A stretch of 64,000 bases of DNA from an uncultured bacterium (GCA_964482725.1 CAYZYT010000001.1:186061-250060), one strand, 5' to 3'; counted from the first letter of the stretch, positions 16,603-26,432 are shown. Numbers and translations are program-made. The notes: generated by a model not told the origin, from the letters alone.

Positions 16603-17031
16603 ATGGAAAAGAAAATTCTCGTTGTTCTTGTTCTCGTAATGGCTGTTTCTAGTGTTGGCATGGCGCGAAAATCGGACCAATACGATCAGGATGCGCGTGC
16701 TCAGGAAAAGGTCCAGAATGCCATGGATAAAGACGCCCAATCTCAAGAGAAAAGCCATCCGGCAAAGAATTTCGCCAAGGGCATCAAAGAAGTCACGTAT
16801 GATAATGTCCGGGATACTTTAAGTGACACGGGCGGATCCACGATGCATGAGAAACCGGTGGTCGGAACTTTGGACGGAACACAGCAGGCCGGAGAAAAAG
16901 TCGTCGATAACACCATCAAGGGCATCAAAAAGGTCGCGTCCCTCGGTTACGCAAAGAATGACAACTACGAGGTCCAGGAAGCCGAAAAAGGCTCCGGCGA
17001 CCCCGCCAAGATCAAACTCTTCCAGTTTTAG
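16603..17031 (+). CDS. Small secreted protein (signal peptide, Lys/Asp/Gln-rich), unknown function.
   Basis: N-terminal hydrophobic signal. Terminates at the hairpin at 17078. Confidence 0.5.
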   Translation: MEKKILVVLVLVMAVSSVGMARKSDQYDQDARAQEKVQNAMDKDAQSQEKSHPAKNFAKGIKEVTYDNVRDTLSDTGGSTMHEKPVVGTLDGTQQAGEKVVDNTIKGIKKVASLGYAKNDNYEVQEAEKGSGDPAKIKLFQF

Positions 17032-17077
17032 TCACACGATAGACTCCAGACTTCAGACCGAAGACTAAAATAAAAAG

Positions 17078-17106
17078 GCCAGGCTTAAAAAACCTGGCTT
17101 TTTTAT
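17078..17106. terminator. Bidirectional rho-independent terminator: GCCAGG-cttaaaaaa-CCTGGC followed by TTTTTTATT. It is flanked by an A-run on the other side.
   Basis: Lies between convergent genes, the 16603 plus-strand CDS and the giant minus-strand CDS. Confidence 0.6.
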
Positions 17107-17134
17107 TGTCCGGTTCTGATGACTGCAAGTCCGT

Positions 17135-20100
17135 TCAGTCCTGGCTGATGATACGCTCGGCGCCCAACAGGCAGAACGCGGTGCCTGCCAAAGAACCACC
17201 ACAGGCATTTGTCAAAACGAGGGCTTCCTGGACCGGAGCCGGGATCACTTTCCGTTTGAAGGATTCGCTGCGAAAAGGCAAGCGCCCCTTAGGAGAGCTT
17301 TTCTTGCGGGATTTTGAAGAAGACCCAAGCGACGGATCACTTCCCTTGTTATTACTTGGCGACAGGATCGCGGCCTCAAGCATCCCCGCGGTATCTTCTT
17401 TCTCCGCTTTTGCGGATTGATTCCGCCTCTGAGCCGCCCAGAAATCAGCGGCGGCAAACTTAAGCGATGGCTTCACGCTAACCCTCGGGGCAGAAGACGG
17501 AAGCGATACGGTCTGAGGCACTATCCCGGCGGCAGAAACGGCCGACGGTAATATTTCTTGCGCCATGATCGCAGGCTCCAGAGGGATCTCAACCGACGAT
17601 GCTATGAGAGGCGCAGCCTTTAACGCCACCGCCGCAAGAGGTGAAGGAACGCCTGCAGGCGCCACGATAATCCGTCTGATCTTAGCGGACGGGAAACCTT
17701 GGGCTTCCGGAAAGCTGACGACCATTTCTGAAATGTTCCAGTAAAGCGCGTCCGCCGGAATTGTAAAAATAAATTCCTTCGGAACGCCTCCCGTAGCCGG
17801 AAGAACGAATGGCTCCGAATAAACCGCCATGTTGTTGCTCCAGGAATGCTTCAGCTCGAACTTCGCACCCGTGATCGGCGTATCCGACTGGTAGGTGATC
17901 CGGATCTGGCGGTCCGACGCCCTGACGCTTTCGCTTAGTTTCCATGAAGTCGCTTTATACGCATCCCAATTAAAATTAGAAGCAGGCTTCTGCCCGATCA
18001 CAGACACGGGCGTTTGGGAATTCCAGATCGATTCGAGCTTCGCCGCTAACCCTTTATTCTCAAGATACCGGGTCATGTAATCCGGCCCCGTCCCAGTCAT
18101 CCCCAAGATGAACGTCGCGTTGTTATTGAAGACCTGGTCGGTGACCACCAAATTATTGTTCATGTTCTTGCCTTCCCAGAGGCCATGATCCGAAACCAGA
18201 TCTCGGTGGTTCGCGATAAGCTCCTGCAGAAGAGCTTCCACCTCCGCGGGACGGAACATATGCGCCGCACCCAAGTTGTAAACGGACGGCGTGGTTTCAA
18301 CGGAGAAAGACTGATCAAAGGCGATCTCCTTGATGCCCAGCGGGAAGTTGTAAACGATCTCGTAGCTACCATCCATGACATGAAAATTACGGATGGTCAT
18401 GTCCAAGGGTCCGCCGGCTTCACTGCCCGTTGCAAAAACAATTTCATCCAGATCGTTCAGAAAAGACTCCGCCGGGAGATTGATCGGCGCCGTACGCAAC
18501 GCCCCACCCGTATTCTCCAACGTTAAATTTATCGTGAGAACCGTTACGAGATCATTTCCGTATTTTTTCTTGAAATCGATCTTTGCCCCAAGAATCGGGG
18601 TGTGTGAAGAATAGTTCAATAGCAGGGTAAGGCCCGAAACGTCCATGCCCGATTCGACGAATGCCACGCCGATCCCTCGATTGTCCGTACTCGTGACATG
18701 CAACCGGGTCGCAGATTCCCGCTCCACAGTCATATCCCCGGCCCAATTGAACGTCACGACCGGACCTTGCAAAAGATCATGCGCCTGCACATCAAAACTT
18801 GCCGAAAGAAAACCCGGCTGTTCGTTCCGGTCCGCAAAATCGAGCTGAACATCCGTGTAGGTCTCGAGCATCTTTTTGAGATCCGGGTTCGTGAACTCCG
18901 GCATCAGAAGTGCGGGCCAATACATCTGGAAAGCCCCGCTGAACGGCGCCACGACTTGTCTCGTGGTGAGATCCTGCATGGTGTAGGAATGCGTCGAAAA
19001 ATTCAGTTTGGCGTAGGCGCTTGCCGGGAAGGTGTTGCCATACTGCAAGATAAGGAACAGAAGCGGCGCACTGCTTTCCGCTCCGAAATAATCGATCGTC
19101 CCTGACAAACTATGGTCCTGAATCTTCATGGTCCTGGAAAACGTATTCGTCGCGCCGTTATACATGGCCAGATAGCCGGCTCTTTGGTTTTCGATAAAGG
19201 TATTGATCTTGCCAAGGATGCCGCCGGCCCCGTGAATGGTCGTGTTGGTCGACAGAGACTCATCAAGCAGCGCGCCGTAGGCTACGGCCAGCGCATTGGT
19301 AAAATTCGTGTTGTCCTCAAAACTTACTTGCTGGCCGTAATCGCCACTCATCCGGATCCAATCGGATCCTGTATATTCAAACCATGGGAAAAGCCCCATA
19401 AAAGCAAGACTTTGATCCGCCTGGTCCACGAGAAGATGATCCATCATCGTATTCAAACGACTGATCGCTTCCGTTTTCGAGATCTTGGACGTGACAAGAT
19501 CCCCCGCCGCGATGGTCGCAAGCAAATACGCATAAAATCCGAAATTGGAAGGCTGGGTCTTTGCCTTCTGGAGCCATCCTTCCACGGGGTATTCGTGCGT
19601 CGTTTCGATCATGCCGAATGCGGGATCGAAATAAAGCAAGTTGATCTGCGTCAAAAGATCGGCGGCCGTCGTCATTTCCTGGGCTACGATCCGGTAATAA
19701 ACCGTGTTGCCGCGGTCGGCCATAGGATCCGGACAACTGATCTCGCCATATTGGTCGGCGACAAAAGAAAGCCCCTCCGGCTGCCAATCATTCGACATGA
19801 GACTCGTCCTGAACTGGACCTGATAACGCACGCCCTTCATCGCCCGGTCGAATTTGATCGTCCAGCTATTGGAAGAATTCGCGAATTGGGTGATCACGGG
19901 ACGCACGATCTCGATCGACGGCAGCGGATCTGTCGATCCGGCGGGCTCGATCGCCACGCGCTCAAGCGCTCCGTCTGCAGCATTAAAATAGCTCGTGATG
20001 TTCTTCGCGTTGGTCTTTGCGATAAGAACCCCGGAGGCATCGTATTCATAACGCATCAGCCGCTGAGTCCGGGCGACATCCGAGAATGCATCCTTGTATT

Positions 20101-21883
20101 GAACAACGCTTGTCCCGGGATGGTAGAAATAAGAGAACGCTATCTCACCCTCGGCGTTCGCGGTCTGCCGCTTCGCCCAGTCGCAAAGATTGGCAGCCGT
20201 ATCTTCGTAATGGTAATAAAAGTTCCCATCCGTATCCGCATTCAGAAGCGTTTTAGACTCGAGCCTTCCTGAGGCGTGGTAGGCATAGTTCGTCGTGTTC
20301 ACAAGAACGCCAGCGGCATTGTACTCGGACATTACAAGCAACACATCCGTCGCAGAGTAACTCTTGATGAACCTGGCCTGGTGGGTGTTCGGGAAATAGG
20401 ATTCAAAAATCTGATATGTCCCATCTTGATAGAAATTCTCCGTGAAGCCTTCGCTGTAGACAAAACGCCAGCCGGTCAGCTCTCCGTTCGAACGGATCTC
20501 TTCCACGGTGTAAGTCGCGCCCGACCGTTCATGAACGGAAAAAGCGCGATCCAGCGCAGAGATCAGCACCTCGGGCAGAAAAGCACCGCGGCCAAAAGCG
20601 GGTGAGGTTTCAGGCACTGAATAATCCTCGTTAGCGGCATCGACGAACTGAGGATCAGCAAGAACGTTCCCGCCGGTCCAGCCTTCCCCTGTTTTGGGGC
20701 TGATCGCCGGAGGAAGGTGCTGACCCGTAGCATCTCCTTTTTCCGTGTTATGAAAGAGGACATTCCCTTCCACCGCGAGTGCAGGCGTGGCGGTTTCTTC
20801 CCAGATCGACTGGACGATCTGGTGGGCCAAGATGTTGTTCCGCACCGCCGGGGCTTGCCCATTGAGGATCTGAATGCCGATCTTACTGGAAAAGCTTTCC
20901 GCAATTCTGACCCGGTACCACCTCCCGCTCACGTCAAAAGGCCCCGGGCTTGTCGCGGAGCCGTCATCCATCCAGAAGGTACTCGCCTCGGATCGATCCG
21001 CTAAAACAAGGAGATCTCCTAAAGGATCCTGAACCCGGGCACGGACCCAAGTCTTTCCACAATCATTGGAATATTCGATGTAGTAAGCATAGGCTCCCTG
21101 AGGATCCCGGATCTCGAGTTGGATCCCCTGCCCCGCCCTATAACGGAGCCCTGTGAGCTGGATGCTTTGCTCTGCCTCATAGCCTGTGATCGTGTTGTAG
21201 GCGATCGTATTTCCGGTTTTAGGTTCTTTGATGGCGATCGGATTCCCGCGGAAAAGATTTGCTTCGATCAGGATATCCGAGCCATTTCCGGAGACATAAA
21301 TCCCGGCACTTAAATTGAACAGGATCTTATTCTTGCGGACATGAACCTGGTCGCCTTCGATCTTGATCCCCGCCGCGGGGGTCTGCCCCAGCTCGTCGCG
21401 AGCGCCCGTCACGGTCAGATTTTCAATTGTGTTTTTCCCAAGCGCCCGGATCACGGAGGCGCCGGGCACATAATCGCCGTGAATGATCGTGGTCTCTGAA
21501 TTTTCTCCCCGGAGGTTCACCCCCTCCTTGAGCGTGATGCTTTCATGATAAGTTCCGGCATGAACATAAATAATATCTCCTGCCTCGGCCTGCTCGATGG
21601 CATCCTGGATCTTATCTCCTGGATGGACCTCAAGGGCTCCCTCAGGGATCGGATCGCCTTGGGCTTGAAGGTTCGGGGAGCCTAACGACAGAGGATTGGA
21701 GTTCTGGACCGCAACACCGGAGGGAATTTCATTCTGAGGAGCGGGTACGGTCTGTGCATTGGCCTGCTCCAGGGTAAGCGTCGGCACGGGTCGCTGAGCA
21801 TCGTTAAGGGTCAACTCGTTTGTGGCGGCAAGGCCGACGGGCACAGGGATGCTGCTGAAGATAAAAAAAACGGCTGTCCCCAT
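17135..21883 (-). CDS. Giant secreted multidomain protein (about 1583 aa). N-terminal right-handed beta-helix (pectate-lyase fold), then YD/RHS-like repeats, then a large (alpha/alpha)6 glycosidase-like (DUF3131-like) domain, with a C-terminal low-complexity tail.
   Basis: Signal peptide MGTAVFFIFSSIPVPVGLAA. Beta-helix-like repeats (NLTVTG, IYVSGNGSDILIEANLF). YD-like repeats. A sugar-hydrolase-like middle region. The ORF-track start at 22015 is an extension. Confidence 0.65.
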   Translation of the reverse strand: MGTAVFFIFSSIPVPVGLAATNELTLNDAQRPVPTLTLEQANAQTVPAPQNEIPSGVAVQNSNPLSLGSPNLQAQGDPIPEGALEVHPGDKIQDAIEQAEAGDIIYVHAGTYHESITLKEGVNLRGENSETTIIHGDYVPGASVIRALGKNTIENLTVTGARDELGQTPAAGIKIEGDQVHVRKNKILFNLSAGIYVSGNGSDILIEANLFRGNPIAIKEPKTGNTIAYNTITGYEAEQSIQLTGLRYRAGQGIQLEIRDPQGAYAYYIEYSNDCGKTWVRARVQDPLGDLLVLADRSEASTFWMDDGSATSPGPFDVSGRWYRVRIAESFSSKIGIQILNGQAPAVRNNILAHQIVQSIWEETATPALAVEGNVLFHNTEKGDATGQHLPPAISPKTGEGWTGGNVLADPQFVDAANEDYSVPETSPAFGRGAFLPEVLISALDRAFSVHERSGATYTVEEIRSNGELTGWRFVYSEGFTENFYQDGTYQIFESYFPNTHQARFIKSYSATDVLLVMSEYNAAGVLVNTTNYAYHASGRLESKTLLNADTDGNFYYHYEDTAANLCDWAKRQTANAEGEIAFSYFYHPGTSVVQYKDAFSDVARTQRLMRYEYDASGVLIAKTNAKNITSYFNAADGALERVAIEPAGSTDPLPSIEIVRPVITQFANSSNSWTIKFDRAMKGVRYQVQFRTSLMSNDWQPEGLSFVADQYGEISCPDPMADRGNTVYYRIVAQEMTTAADLLTQINLLYFDPAFGMIETTHEYPVEGWLQKAKTQPSNFGFYAYLLATIAAGDLVTSKISKTEAISRLNTMMDHLLVDQADQSLAFMGLFPWFEYTGSDWIRMSGDYGQQVSFEDNTNFTNALAVAYGALLDESLSTNTTIHGAGGILGKINTFIENQRAGYLAMYNGATNTFSRTMKIQDHSLSGTIDYFGAESSAPLLFLILQYGNTFPASAYAKLNFSTHSYTMQDLTTRQVVAPFSGAFQMYWPALLMPEFTNPDLKKMLETYTDVQLDFADRNEQPGFLSASFDVQAHDLLQGPVVTFNWAGDMTVERESATRLHVTSTDNRGIGVAFVESGMDVSGLTLLLNYSSHTPILGAKIDFKKKYGNDLVTVLTINLTLENTGGALRTAPINLPAESFLNDLDEIVFATGSEAGGPLDMTIRNFHVMDGSYEIVYNFPLGIKEIAFDQSFSVETTPSVYNLGAAHMFRPAEVEALLQELIANHRDLVSDHGLWEGKNMNNNLVVTDQVFNNNATFILGMTGTGPDYMTRYLENKGLAAKLESIWNSQTPVSVIGQKPASNFNWDAYKATSWKLSESVRASDRQIRITYQSDTPITGAKFELKHSWSNNMAVYSEPFVLPATGGVPKEFIFTIPADALYWNISEMVVSFPEAQGFPSAKIRRIIVAPAGVPSPLAAVALKAAPLIASSVEIPLEPAIMAQEILPSAVSAAGIVPQTVSLPSSAPRVSVKPSLKFAAADFWAAQRRNQSAKAEKEDTAGMLEAAILSPSNNKGSDPSLGSSSKSRKKSSPKGRLPFRSESFKRKVIPAPVQEALVLTNACGGSLAGTAFCLLGAERIISQD

Positions 21884-22219
21884 ACTTATCAATTTCAATT
21901 TATTGAAATGGGGGCGGCCCAAACTACATTTTTTGGAACAGAAATTAAAAGTTTGGGCGGTTAAAAGCGAAGTCATTTTACAGAAAAATCTTTTCAGCGA
22001 AGAAGGGGATCCCATGGAGTCTTTTTGTCACCTTTTCTCATCAGGAATATAGTTGCCGAAGGCTAACACACCGTCTGAAAAATGGCAAATAGCCCTCCCA
22101 GGAATCTTGGAAGGCAAGTCGCTCATTGTTTGAGATGATCCGTATCGCTATGAATTGCTAGAAGTGAATTCCTGGGACCTCAGGACAAAAATCGTTCTTT
22201 TGTATGGAGCGAAAGGAGA

Positions 22220-23983
22220 TCAGAGATTGAACTGCAGGTCGTAGAGTTTCTTGTACATCCCGCCCATGCGAAGGAGGAACTCGTTCGTTCCCTGCTGGAC
22301 GATACGTCCCTTGTCCATCACAAGAATGCGGTCAGCCTTCTGAATGGTGGAAAGACGATGGGCAATCACAAAAACCGTGCGGGCCTTCATGAGATTCTCC
22401 AAAGCGCCCTGCACTTCCTTTTCACTTTGCGTGTCAAGATGCGAGGTCGCTTCATCAAGGATCAGGATCGGAGGATCCTTAAGGAGTGCCCGGGCGATCG
22501 CGATCCGCTGGCGTTCGCCCCCTGAAAGCTTGAGTCCCCGGTCGCCGAGCGGCGTGTCATAACCTTGCGGCAGGGCTTCGATAAAATGATCGGCATACGC
22601 GATCTCCGCCGCGCGTTTAACATCTTCCAGACTCGCGTCCGGACGCCCGTATGCGATATTCTCCCGGATCGTACAATTGAACAAAACGGTCTCCTGCGAC
22701 ACGATCCCGATCTGCCTGCGCAAAGAATGGAGCGTCAGGTCCCGGACATCTCGACCATTGATCTTGATGACGCCCTCCACGGGATCATAGAAACGGAGAA
22801 GAAGGCTTACGAGCGTGCTCTTTCCGGAACCACTCGCCCCCACGAACGCGATCACTTCATTGTGCTTGGCCTTGATCTCAATATCCTTGAGCACCCACTT
22901 ATCGAATTCATAATAAAAACCGACGTGCTCATAGCTAATCTCGCGGATCGGCTCCGAAAAAATAATGGCATCGGACTTGTCATGGATCGTCGACTTGGCG
23001 TCCAGTATTTCAAAAATGCGCTGGCCCGAAGCGATCGATTGCTGGATGGTGCTGTTCACCCGGCTTATTTTTTTGAGAGGCTCGTAACAAACATAGAGCG
23101 CAATGAAAAAAGCGGCGAACCGTTCCGGCGACAGGTATTTCATCCCATACCACACCGCAAACGCGGCCCCAATCGCCCCGATCACTTCGATCAGAGGACG
23201 CTGGATGATCGTGATCTTGATGGTCCTTCGGAAAAATTCAAAAACGCTATTATTGATCTCCTCAAAACGGCGGATCTCCCCTTCTTCGCGGCCGAAGGCC
23301 TTCACGATATGGGCTCCGGCCAGGGTCTCGCCAATAAAGGAGGTGATGTCCCCGGTGCGCTCCTGCATCTTCTTCGTCAATTTGCGGAGCTGTTTTCCCA
23401 AAAGCACGATGGGGATCGCCACGACCGGGAAGATCACGATCGCGATAAGTGCGTACTTCCCGCCCCACATAAAAATAAAGGGGATGTTAAAAAGAAGGAC
23501 GAGCGGCTGCTTGATAAGATCGGTGATCACATCCGTGATCGCGCCCTGGATCTGACCGACGTCGTTAGTGATGCGGGAAAGAAAATCCCCGGTGCGACCT
23601 TTCGAGTAGAAATCATGCGAAAGATAAACCAGATGACGGTAGAGATCGTCCCGGACCTTGCGGACCGCAAGGATCCCCACATTGGCCATGTGATAGTTCG
23701 ACACGTAGTCAAAAAAACCGCGCAAAACGAAGACGCCGACCAAAATGATGGGGATCCAAATCATGGGCAACGCTACGGAGGTGATCTTGGGGAAATACTT
23801 CGAAAGAATGGGAATGTTATCAACAACGACCTGGTTCTTCTGAAAGAACCCTTTCGTGATCACATAGAGCGCGACCGAAACTAGCGAATTCGACAATGAA
23901 TATGCGAGCATGCAAAAAAAAGCGATGGCCATACGCCAGCGGTACGGCTTCACATAACCCAGCAGTCTTTTATAGATGTCCAT
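22220..23983 (-). CDS. msbA: ABC transporter permease/ATPase, MsbA-like lipid exporter.
   Basis: Six TM helices then an NBD with Walker A GASGSGKST, signature LSGGERQR and Walker B ILILDEAT. Start at MDIYKRL. Confidence 0.8.
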   Translation of the reverse strand: MDIYKRLLGYVKPYRWRMAIAFFCMLAYSLSNSLVSVALYVITKGFFQKNQVVVDNIPILSKYFPKITSVALPMIWIPIILVGVFVLRGFFDYVSNYHMANVGILAVRKVRDDLYRHLVYLSHDFYSKGRTGDFLSRITNDVGQIQGAITDVITDLIKQPLVLLFNIPFIFMWGGKYALIAIVIFPVVAIPIVLLGKQLRKLTKKMQERTGDITSFIGETLAGAHIVKAFGREEGEIRRFEEINNSVFEFFRRTIKITIIQRPLIEVIGAIGAAFAVWYGMKYLSPERFAAFFIALYVCYEPLKKISRVNSTIQQSIASGQRIFEILDAKSTIHDKSDAIIFSEPIREISYEHVGFYYEFDKWVLKDIEIKAKHNEVIAFVGASGSGKSTLVSLLLRFYDPVEGVIKINGRDVRDLTLHSLRRQIGIVSQETVLFNCTIRENIAYGRPDASLEDVKRAAEIAYADHFIEALPQGYDTPLGDRGLKLSGGERQRIAIARALLKDPPILILDEATSHLDTQSEKEVQGALENLMKARTVFVIAHRLSTIQKADRILVMDKGRIVQQGTNEFLLRMGGMYKKLYDLQFNL

Positions 23984-23998
23984 ACAAATACCCGTTCC

Positions 23999-24072
23999 CC
24001 GGATGGTGGATGGTGGATAATGCCCCTCAAAACAAAAAAACCGATCCGCCATCCGCCCTCCGCCATCCGACT
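23999..24072. repeat. Family F2 element, copy 3 (GGATGGTGGATGGTGG ... CCGCCATCCGCCCTCCGCCATCCG), in the msbA leader.
   Basis: Shares GGATGGCGGAGGGCG with copy 1. Confidence 0.5.
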
Positions 24073-24189
24073 CCCGGATCAGTTCGACCGTAACTGTAAC
24101 ATATCCGTTGACACTGCTCAAGGTTATGATTTAAGCTTCTTCGCAATTGCTCTTCTCCAAGATAACTCCTCTCATATGAAGGATTTAGG

Positions 24190-25131
24190 ATGACAAACTC
24201 TCTCAAAGTCGGCGTGGTCGGCGTAGGACATCTCGGCAAGGAACATGCGCGGATCTATCGCGACCTCCCTGAAGCGGAACTGGTCGGGATCTCAGACCTG
24301 GATCCCGCCAAAGAGGACAAAGCCAAGGAGCTCGGAACTACCTATTACAGAGATTTCCGGGATCTTATCGGAAAAGTCGATGCCGTGAGCATCGCGACGC
24401 CCACCTCCACCCATTACGCGGTCGCCAAGGAATTCCTGAAAGCCGGCATCCATACCCTCATTGAAAAACCGATCACCTTGAAGCTGACCGAAGCGGACGA
24501 GCTTCTCGAGCTTGCCCGTCAAAAAAATCTGTCCCTCCAGGTCGGGCATATCGAACGACACAATCCCGGATTCAAACGCGTCCGGGAGATCGCAAAAAAT
24601 ATCCGTTTCCTTGAGATCCACCGCCTCGGACCTTTTACGGGACGCATCAACGACTGTGGCGTCGTCCTTGATCTCATGATCCATGACCTGGATATTGTGA
24701 TGGGGCTCGTCGATTCCCCCGTTGCAGGCTTCGACGCCCTCGGCGTCAATGTCCTTACACCCTTCGAGGACATCGCGAACGTGCGCCTCAAGTTCAAGAA
24801 CGGCGCGGTCGCCAACATCACCGCCTCACGTCTGACATTCGAAAAGCAGCGAAAAATCCGCATTTTCCAGGAAGATGCTTACATTTCGCTCGATTATGGC
24901 GCTCAGACCGGCAAGATCATTCGTAAGTTCGGGAACGAAGTTATTCAGGAGGAGGTGTCGATCGAAAAAGCCGAACCTCTCAAAGAAGAGCTGAAGTCCT
25001 TCCTGAAGGGGATCAGCACGGGTCAGAGCATCGGAAAACCCGATACGGCAGCCCGCGACGCCCTTGCGATCGCGCTCGAGATCGCCCGCAAGATCCAGGC
25101 CGAGCATCCCAAACCAAGCGCGAAGGTCTGA
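24190..25131 (+). CDS. Gfo/Idh/MocA family NAD(P)-dependent oxidoreductase.
   Basis: N-terminal Rossmann motif VGVVGVGHLG and the EKP motif. Adjacent to lpxB. Confidence 0.8.
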   Translation: MTNSLKVGVVGVGHLGKEHARIYRDLPEAELVGISDLDPAKEDKAKELGTTYYRDFRDLIGKVDAVSIATPTSTHYAVAKEFLKAGIHTLIEKPITLKLTEADELLELARQKNLSLQVGHIERHNPGFKRVREIAKNIRFLEIHRLGPFTGRINDCGVVLDLMIHDLDIVMGLVDSPVAGFDALGVNVLTPFEDIANVRLKFKNGAVANITASRLTFEKQRKIRIFQEDAYISLDYGAQTGKIIRKFGNEVIQEEVSIEKAEPLKEELKSFLKGISTGQSIGKPDTAARDALAIALEIARKIQAEHPKPSAKV

Positions 25132-25141
25132 TTTTCCATTT

Positions 25142-25219
25142 GTCATCCCCGAAGGCTTCTATCGGGGATCCAGGATGAAACCCGCTCTGGATTCCCGCTT
25201 AAAACATGCGGGAATGACA
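25142..25219. repeat. Family F1 element, copy 3 (TGTCATCCCCGAAGG...CGGGAATGACAGC).
   Basis: Inverted termini GTCATCCC / GGGAATGAC. Lies between the oxidoreductase gene and the lpxB start. Confidence 0.5.
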
Positions 25220-25243
25220 GCACAAATAGGACGAATCACTGAA

Positions 25244-26383
25244 ATGTCTAAAAAAATCTTCCTCGTTGCCTGCGAAGCCTCGGGCGATCTTCACGGCGCT
25301 CATCTTATTTCTGAGATCCAAAAGCTTGCTCCGGATACATTTTTTTGCGGCGTCGGCGGTGCCAAGATGCAGGCGATGGGCATGCAGATCTTTAGCGACA
25401 TGACAAAGATCTCGGCGCTAGGCCTAGGCGACGTGCTCCGGAATTATTTCAAATATCTCAAGATCTTCAACGAAACTCTCAAAAACATCCGGAACGAAAA
25501 ACCGGACGCCGTGATCCTGATCGATTCTCCGGCTTTCAATCTCCGGCTCGCCAAAAAACTCCCCGCAGCCGCGCCTCTTCTCTATTATATCTCCCCGCAG
25601 CTTTGGGCCTGGGGAAAGCGACGGATCCATATCGTCAAGAAGCACATCCGTGAAATGCTCGTGATCCTTCCGTTCGAAAAAGATTTCTACGAAAAAGAAG
25701 GCGTGGCCGTGAAGTTCGTGGGGCATCCCTTACTTGACGCGATTCCCGAGCTTCCGGCGCCGGCGGTCCTCCGGGCGAAGATCGGCATCGCTCCGGATCA
25801 AAAAGCGATCGGCCTTTTTTCGGGTTCAAGGGAAAAAGAGGTGAAGCGCATCCTGCCGGTCATGCTCCGCGCGGCGGCTCATCTCCTGCAGGATTTTCCG
25901 GAAGCGGTCTTTTTTATTTCAAAATCCTCGAACGTGCGCCCCGAAGTCTATGAGGAACTGCTTCAGGCATCGCCTGTCAAAGTGGAATGTCCGTCCGCGC
26001 CGTTCTATGAACTTGTGAAGGCTATGGATTTTGCCTACGTTGCTTCCGGGACCGCGACGCTTGAGACCGCGCTCATCGGAACGCCGTTCTTTCTTCTTTA
26101 TAAGGCCAGCTGGTCCACCTATTTCCTGGGAAAGCACCTGATCAAAGTCCCCTACCTCGGGCTGGTGAACCTCCTTGCCGATACCCGCGTGATCCCGGAA
26201 TTCATCCAGCAAGACGCCCATCCCGAGACACTCGCCCACGAGGCCAGAGTCTTCCTCCGGAGCCCGGAACTTCAGGAGAAAATGAAAGCGGAATTCCGCG
26301 AAGTCAGAGAGAAACTCGGAGAAAAAGGCGCCAGTGCCCGCGCCGCGAAAGAAGTCTGCGATTTCTTGGCCCAAAGACCGTAA
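25244..26383 (+). CDS. lpxB: Lipid-A-disaccharide synthase.
   Basis: The N-terminus MSKKIFLVACEASGDLHG and full-length LpxB homology. The ORF track over-extends to 25064. Confidence 0.85.
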   Translation: MSKKIFLVACEASGDLHGAHLISEIQKLAPDTFFCGVGGAKMQAMGMQIFSDMTKISALGLGDVLRNYFKYLKIFNETLKNIRNEKPDAVILIDSPAFNLRLAKKLPAAAPLLYYISPQLWAWGKRRIHIVKKHIREMLVILPFEKDFYEKEGVAVKFVGHPLLDAIPELPAPAVLRAKIGIAPDQKAIGLFSGSREKEVKRILPVMLRAAAHLLQDFPEAVFFISKSSNVRPEVYEELLQASPVKVECPSAPFYELVKAMDFAYVASGTATLETALIGTPFFLLYKASWSTYFLGKHLIKVPYLGLVNLLADTRVIPEFIQQDAHPETLAHEARVFLRSPELQEKMKAEFREVREKLGEKGASARAAKEVCDFLAQRP

Positions 26384-26391
26384 ACTATAAA

Positions 26392-26432
26392 CCGGACGCC
26401 GTCCCGTTTTCGTTTTACGTTTTACTTTTTTC
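26392..26432. terminator. Short GGACG-C-CGTCC hairpin followed by a T-rich run, between the convergent lpxB and 26415..26798 genes.
   Basis: CCGGACGCCGTCCCGTTTTCGTTTTACGTTTTACTTTTTT. Confidence 0.3.

Noticed and set aside
17135-17300. C-terminal tail of the giant protein as a PEP-CTERM or other sorting signal
   Set aside because: It has a PAP tripeptide and a hydrophobic stretch but no following Arg/Lys cluster. It does not match PEP-CTERM, LPXTG or the T9SS CTD well enough to call.
21884-22219. TGGAAC-N5-TTAAA upstream of the giant-protein gene as a sigma-54 promoter
   Set aside because: The -12 element lacks the conserved GC. Not convincing.
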